From NCBI RefSeq assembly GCF_056989395.1, contig NZ_CM168009.1: DNA of 24,000 nucleotides. The stretch is one strand, 5' to 3'. The notes below the pieces were generated by a model that saw only the letters and a list, made by a program, of their open reading frames with translations, was not told where the DNA came from and searched no databases. Position numbers and translations under genes: made by a program. Shown piece after piece: positions 19,039 through 24,000 of this stretch; position 1 is the stretch's first letter; the number at the start of each line of letters is the position of its first letter.

Positions 19039-19170
19039 GCGTTGTGTTCCGTTGGGAACGAGGCGAATATTACGGATTGCCTCACCCTTCGTCAACGGTT
19101 TTTCTCATCTTTTGAATCGTTTGCTGCAAAAATCGCCCAAGTCGCTATTTTTAGCGCCTTTTACAGGTAT

Positions 19171-19902
19171 TTATGCCCGCCAGAGGCAGCTTCCGCCTTT
19201 CTTCTGCACCAGATCGAGACGGGCTTCATGTGCCGCAAGCTCTTCATCTGTCGCAAAAACAACGCGTAACTTACTTGCCTGACGCACAATGCGCTGAATT
19301 GTTGCTTCACCTTGTTGCTGTTGTGTCTCTCCTTCCATCGCAAAAGCCATCGACGTTTGACCACCGGTCATCGCCAGATAAACTTCCGCAAGGATCTGTG
19401 CATCGAGTAATGCCCCGTGTAGCGTTCGTTTACTGTTATCTATTTCGTAGCGGGCACATAACGCATCGAGGCTGTTGCGCTTACCAGGAAACATTTTCCT
19501 CGCCACCGCAAGGCTATCGGTGACCTTACAGAAGGTATTGGTCTTCGGAATATCGCGCTTAAGCAACGAAAACTCGTAGTCCATAAAGCCGATATCGAAC
19601 GCTGCGTTATGGATCACCAACTCCGCGCCGCGGATATAGTCCATGAACTCATCGGCTACCTCGGCAAACGTGGGCTTATCGAGCAAAAATTCATCGGCAA
19701 TACCATGTACGCCAAAGGCTTCCGGATCCACCAGCCGATCGGGTTTGAGATAAACATGGAAGTTATTGCCCGTCAGGCGACGGTTCACCACTTCAACGGC
19801 ACCAATCTCAATGATCTTGTGGCCTTCATAGTGCGCACCAATCTGGTTCATACCGGTGGTTTCGGTATCGAGAACGATCTGGCGTGTAATTGCAGTGCTC
19901 AT
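19171..19902 (-). CDS. dnaQ: DNA polymerase III epsilon subunit (proofreading exonuclease), 243 aa
   Basis: [22 protein letters not shown]...; DEDD exonuclease motifs. Start at 19902; ORF-track start is 19911. Confidence 0.98.
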
Positions 19903-19966
19903 AGCGGTCATTTATGTCAGACTTGTCGTTTTACAGTTCGATTCAATTACAGGAAGTCTACCAGAG

Positions 19967-20434
19967 ATGCTTAAACAGGTAGAAATTTTCACCGATGGTT
20001 CGTGTCTGGGTAATCCTGGACCTGGGGGTTACGGCGCTATTTTACGCTATCGCGGACGCGAGAAAACCTTTAGCGCAGGCTACACCCGCACCACCAACAA
20101 CCGTATGGAGTTGATGGCCGCTATTGTCGCGCTGGAGGCGTTAAAAGAACATTGCGAAGTCATTTTGAGTACCGACAGCCAGTATGTCCGCCAGGGGATC
20201 ACTCAGTGGATCCATAACTGGAAAAAACGTGGCTGGAAAACAGCAGACAAAAAACCAGTAAAAAATGTCGATCTCTGGCAACGTCTTGATGCTGCATTGG
20301 GGCAGCATCAAATCAAATGGGAATGGGTTAAAGGCCATGCCGGACACCCGGAAAACGAACGTTGCGATGAACTGGCTCGTGCCGCAGCGATGAATCCCAC
20401 ACTGGAAGATACGGGCTATCAAGTCGAAGTTTAA
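19967..20434 (+). CDS. rnhA: Ribonuclease HI, 155 aa
   Basis: [30 protein letters not shown]...; start at 19967, ORF-track start is 19856. Confidence 0.98.
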
Positions 20435-21153
20435 GCCTGTGGTTTACGACATTGCCGGGTGGCTCCAACCGCCTGGCGAATTCGTGGCTTGTTTTTACTC
20501 TGTTTCATCGGGTTTAGCGTTAAAGGAATAGTCCGTTTCCGGGCAACAATAAGTTGTAAGCAACCAAGCGCAGGAATATGCGCATTCAATAGTTTTCCTC
20601 CGTGTTTGTTCCACGGGAGAACGTGGAAACGGCTGGCGTGCAGCACTTCAAAATTCAACAAAGAGAGCCAGTCCAGTTGCCGCATCAGAGTAAACATCCG
20701 GCTGTTATAGGGCGAGGTTTTTCGCAATACCGGCACAAGTTTGCGTAATCCCATTAAACTGATGGGATTGAAGCCACTAATCACCAGCCAGCCATCATCA
20801 ATCAGTACCCGATCGGCTTCACGCAATAAACGATGCGGATCGGTGCACCACGGCAAGGTATGTGCCAGTAGACAAACATCAACGGATTTATCGGCAAAAG
20901 GAAGATGAAGTGGATCTGCCTGCACCTGGACGGGCATTCCTTGCGCAGAAACATTCACTTGATGAGAAACCGCGCACGCTTCGCAATTGATTTCTGCGCT
21001 TAAATTGCCAATCTTAAGCAGATGAAAACCATACATTTTAGTGAACCACGGGTTGAGCTGGCGCTCCAGCGCCTTGCGATAAAGCTCTCCCCAGGGCAAA
21101 TCGCCCCAGCAATCAGGAGCCACGACAGTTTGAGGGACTCTTGCCGGTTTCAT
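20431..21153 (-). CDS. yafS: YafS, predicted SAM-dependent methyltransferase, 240 aa
   Basis: [36 protein letters not shown]...; recognised YafS; tail-to-tail 4-nt overlap with rnhA. Confidence 0.94.
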
Positions 21154-21183
21154 CACAACCTTCCGTTTCACACTGAGAGGTAA

Positions 21184-21942
<759 letters not shown>

Positions 21943-22013
21943 TAAAACTTTCTTGTCATCGGCTCCGTTCGCCGTTATGATCGGTCGTCTTTTAAGCAAC
22001 TATTGACACACAC

Positions 22014-23372
22014 ATGAAGGCAAAAGCGATATTACTCGCCTCTGTCCTGCTCGTGGGTTGCCAGAGTACCGGCAACGTTCAACAGCACGCACAGAGCCTT
22101 TCTGCAGCTGGTCAAGGGGAAGCAGCAAAGTTTACAAGTCAGGCACGATGGATGGACGATGGGACGTCTATCGCGCCAGATGGTGACTTGTGGGCTTTCA
22201 TTGGCGACGAGCTAAAGATGGGAATTCCGGAAAATGACCGGATTCGCGAACAGAAACAGAAATATTTACGCAATAAGAGCTATCTCCACGATGTAACTTT
22301 ACGGGCAGAGCCGTATATGTACTGGATAGCAGGGCAAGTTAAAAAACGTAACATGCCTATGGAACTGGTACTACTACCCATAGTGGAGAGCGCTTTTGAT
22401 CCTCACGCAACGTCTGGCGCCAATGCCGCAGGCATCTGGCAGATCATTCCGAGCACGGGGCGCAATTATGGTTTGAAACAGACCCGCAATTATGACGCGC
22501 GTCGCGATGTTGTTGCTTCAACAACTGCCGCGCTGAATATGATGCAGCGTCTGAACAAAATGTTTGACGGCGACTGGCTTCTGACCGTAGCGGCTTATAA
22601 CAGCGGCGAAGGTCGGGTCATGAAGGCAATTAAAACGAACAAAGCGCGTGGGAAATCCACGGACTTCTGGTCGTTACCGTTGCCGCAGGAAACGAAGCAG
22701 TACGTGCCTAAAATGCTGGCATTGAGTGATATTCTCAAAAACAGCAAGCGTTATGGCGTACGTCTGCCAACGACCGATGAAAGCCGTGCTCTGGCGCGTG
22801 TGCACCTGAGTAGCCCGGTTGAAATGGCGAAGGTTGCAGATATGGCGGGGATTTCCGTCAGCAAGCTGAAGACATTCAACGCTGGCGTGAAAGGCTCCAC
22901 GCTGGGCGCAAGTGGGCCGCAGTACGTGATGGTGCCAAAGAAGCATGCAGATCAACTGCGTGAATCTCTGGCTTCAGGCGAAATTGCTGCTGTACAGTCG
23001 ACGCTGGTTGCCGACAATACGCCGCTTAACAGCCGTGTTTACACCGTACGCTCTGGCGACACGCTTTCAAGTATCGCTTCACGTCTCGGCGTAAGCACCA
23101 AAGATTTGCAGCAGTGGAACAAACTGCGCGGATCTAAGCTGAAGCCAGGCCAAAGTTTGACGATTGGCGCAGGCAGTAGCGCACAGCGACTGGCAAACAA
23201 CAGCGATAGCATTACTTATCGTGTGCGCAAAGGCGATTCGCTTTCAAGCATTGCTAAACGCCACGGCGTGAACATCAAAGATGTGATGCGCTGGAACAGC
23301 GACACTGCGAATCTGCAACCAGGCGATAAGCTGACGTTGTTTGTGAAAAACAACAACATGCCAGATTCCTGA
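22014..23372 (+). CDS. mltD: Membrane-bound lytic murein transglycosylase D, lipoprotein with two LysM domains, 452 aa
   Basis: MKAKAILLASVLLVGCQSTG lipobox; SLT ESAFDPHATSGANAAGIWQI; LysM repeats YTVRSGDTLSSIA... and YRVRKGDSLSSIA.... Confidence 0.97.
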   Translation: MKAKAILLASVLLVGCQSTGNVQQHAQSLSAAGQGEAAKFTSQARWMDDGTSIAPDGDLWAFIGDELKMGIPENDRIREQKQKYLRNKSYLHDVTLRAEPYMYWIAGQVKKRNMPMELVLLPIVESAFDPHATSGANAAGIWQIIPSTGRNYGLKQTRNYDARRDVVASTTAALNMMQRLNKMFDGDWLLTVAAYNSGEGRVMKAIKTNKARGKSTDFWSLPLPQETKQYVPKMLALSDILKNSKRYGVRLPTTDESRALARVHLSSPVEMAKVADMAGISVSKLKTFNAGVKGSTLGASGPQYVMVPKKHADQLRESLASGEIAAVQSTLVADNTPLNSRVYTVRSGDTLSSIASRLGVSTKDLQQWNKLRGSKLKPGQSLTIGAGSSAQRLANNSDSITYRVRKGDSLSSIAKRHGVNIKDVMRWNSDTANLQPGDKLTLFVKNNNMPDS

Positions 23373-23386
23373 CAAATCAGATAATC

Positions 23387-23418
23387 AAAAGGCACCGATT
23401 CCCCCGGTGCCTTTTTTA
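23387..23418 (+). terminator. Terminator downstream of mltD
   Basis: AAAAGGCACCG-attcccc-CGGTGCCTTTTTT. Confidence 0.85.
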
Positions 23419-23419
23419 T

Positions 23420-24000
23420 TTATGCCGCTTTATGTGCTTCTACCATGATGATATCACTGGTGAAAGAGCCGTCATTCTGCAAGGCAAAATACGTTCTCAC
23501 CTCTGTCGATGCGCTCTGTTGGTAAATGCGAATAGCGTCTACTAACGCTTCTGGCGTACGCATTCTCGCGACCCATGAAGAAAATTCCAGCGGTAACTTA
23601 TCTGTAATTAAATTATCAACTATCAGATTGGCTTCATTGATTAACGTCAACCACTCACCGCTGGCGTAGTTTCGTACGTGAGAGGTATCGCGTAATGCTT
23701 CTACCGTCTGTAACCAGACGTCGCGCACTGGGTGACCCGGAGACATTACGTCCATCACAATCAGCCTACCGCCAGGTTTCAATATCCTATTCACTTCTCG
23801 CAGTGCTGCACCAACATCATGCCAGTGATGGGCAGAATAACGGCTGATAACAATATCAAATGCGTTATCGGCAAATGGCAGACTTTCGGCATATCCCTGG
23901 CGGGTGGCGATATTTTTCAGGTGCCCGGCTTCGGCAGCTTGTGCCACGACATCCAGCATTTGGGCAGATAAGTCATACGCCACCACCGCGCTCACGTTTT
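23420..24000 (-). CDS. yafE: YafE, predicted SAM-dependent methyltransferase (N-terminus probably beyond the window)
   Basis: SAVVAYDLSAQMLDVVAQAAEA...ALREVNRILKPGGRLIVMDVMSPGHP; methyltransferase motifs. The glycine-rich SAM motif I should lie upstream, past 24000. Confidence 0.9.
   Translation of the reverse strand, partial: NVSAVVAYDLSAQMLDVVAQAAEAGHLKNIATRQGYAESLPFADNAFDIVISRYSAHHWHDVGAALREVNRILKPGGRLIVMDVMSPGHPVRDVWLQTVEALRDTSHVRNYASGEWLTLINEANLIVDNLITDKLPLEFSSWVARMRTPEALVDAIRIYQQSASTEVRTYFALQNDGSFTSDIIMVEAHKAA

Noticed and set aside
18961-19364. ORFs over the tRNA/dnaQ 3' region (MAERTGLEPATPCVTGRYSNRLNYR...)
   Set aside because: Classic false ORF produced by reading through a tRNA gene; aspV explains the sequence.

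Overview
This is ordinary Escherichia coli chromosome with K-12-like gene order. The genes I recognise are frsA (partial), gpt, pepD, yafP, dinB, the lafU/lfhA Flag-2 remnant, rayT (yafM), yafL, dinJ-yafQ, yafK, yafJ, gmhA, fadE, ivy, yafV, aspV, dnaQ, rnhA, yafS, gloB, mltD and yafE (partial). The most interesting segment is about 3.3-6.1 kb. It carries an intact RtcB-family RNA ligase gene coupled by a 4-nt ATGA overlap to a peptide-release-factor homolog with a GGQ motif (prfH). From memory, K-12 has only truncated remnants here. The arrangement matches the recently described RtcB2-PrfH ribosome repair/rescue module. Just upstream of the ligase, the sequence shows an apparently undescribed candidate regulatory leader: a sigma70-like promoter, a very strong Shine-Dalgarno, a 15-codon ORF, a 10-bp stem sequestering that Shine-Dalgarno, and competing downstream pairings next to a poly-U tract. 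Downstream are a membrane YdjM/DUF457-like protein preceded by a 29-bp near-perfect palindrome, and a convergent orphan 80-aa ORF. Other points of note are a one-base frameshift in the YafQ toxin with intact DinJ, direct dinB-yafP coupling with no yafN-yafO between them, chimeric ORFs at the Flag-2 deletion scar, REP elements flanking RAYT, and an apparently unoccupied aspV side. Statements about K-12 rely on memory; no alignments were run.
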